Of a stretch of DNA of 64,000 bases, positions 63,457 through 64,000 are shown piece by piece. Location: positions 8,370,001 to 8,434,000 of the forward strand of contig NC_135758.1 in NCBI RefSeq assembly GCF_052425735.1, written 5' to 3'. Under the pieces are notes generated by a model. The model was not told the origin of the DNA and ran no database searches. It was given only the letters and a program-made list of their open reading frames with translations. Position 1 is the first letter of the stretch; each line of letters begins with the position of its first letter. This DNA comes from Oculina patagonica (taxonomy: Eukaryota). Position numbers and translations under genes: made by a program.

Positions 63457-64000
63457 ACAATTAATATTAGTTTTAATGCTTGACTACTTTCTTAAGCGCT
63501 CTAAAATTTGTGCTTATGTGTTTATGGCATTAATAAACGCTTTTACATGTTACAAATCAGAGATTTAAATTGTTTCGTTAGCAAAATCGAACAAATCAAC
63601 GAAAGTAAGACCTCATTTATAGATGAATTTTTCCCCACGACTCTCTCGGTTACCTGCACACGGATGCGATTCCCACCGTGTGAAGCTTAACAGCTTGTCG
63701 TAAGCCAGGCCCTCTAGCAAATATCTTTTATCTCTTTGGCTTGGACACACGATTTAAGCCTAATATTATTATGTCAGTACGCGCCTTAAAATGCTAATTT
63801 CAAGACTACTGATTTGACTTCCATTTCTTACGGATGATCATAAAGACCTTGGCCTCGCAGAAATGCATAAAATATTTTGCACGAAAATCGAAGTAGGGCC
63901 GAAGGCTAACAATGGGAAGCAAGCAAGTAAGCAGTTCTGGCCCCGTTTGTTGAAATGCTATCCGCCAGATAAATTACCATCTAGCCGATTAAAACAAACC

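Overview
Eukaryotic (animal) genomic DNA. The AT-rich composition, spliceosomal signals and repeat families suggest a cnidarian or coral-like genome, but this is inference. The window is a head-to-tail array of six + strand copies of one gene, roughly every 7-15 kb. Each full copy has a single ~3.6 kb coding exon encoding ~14-17 TPR repeats with a 40-aa period, followed by a C-terminal CHAT (caspase/separase-like clan CD) protease domain. Every copy retains the His-Gly (HIAAHG) and Cys (LSCCHS) catalytic motifs. Copies 3 (26546-30274) and 6 (57624-61181) are intact. Copy 2 has a late frameshift, copies 1 and 4 are pseudogenes, and copy 5 is a 5'-truncated product of a near-identical 5.76 kb tandem duplication. 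The copies are sequence mosaics: variable, reshuffled TPRs on a homogenised protease core. Conserved flanks define a non-coding first exon, an acceptor just before the ATG, and a GTAAGT donor 2 nt after each ancestral stop codon. A deletion between copies 2 and 3 removes copy 2's last exon and copy 3's promoter and first exon. The spacers carry a young full-length Ty3/Gypsy LTR retrotransposon nested in a hairpin-ended element, several MITEs (PIF/Harbinger-, Kolobok-, pogo- and hAT-like) and LINE/SINE fragments, many confirmed against empty paralogous sites. The best candidate for an undescribed system is a rapidly diversifying family of sensor-protease (TPR-CHAT) receptors, possibly with an innate immune role.
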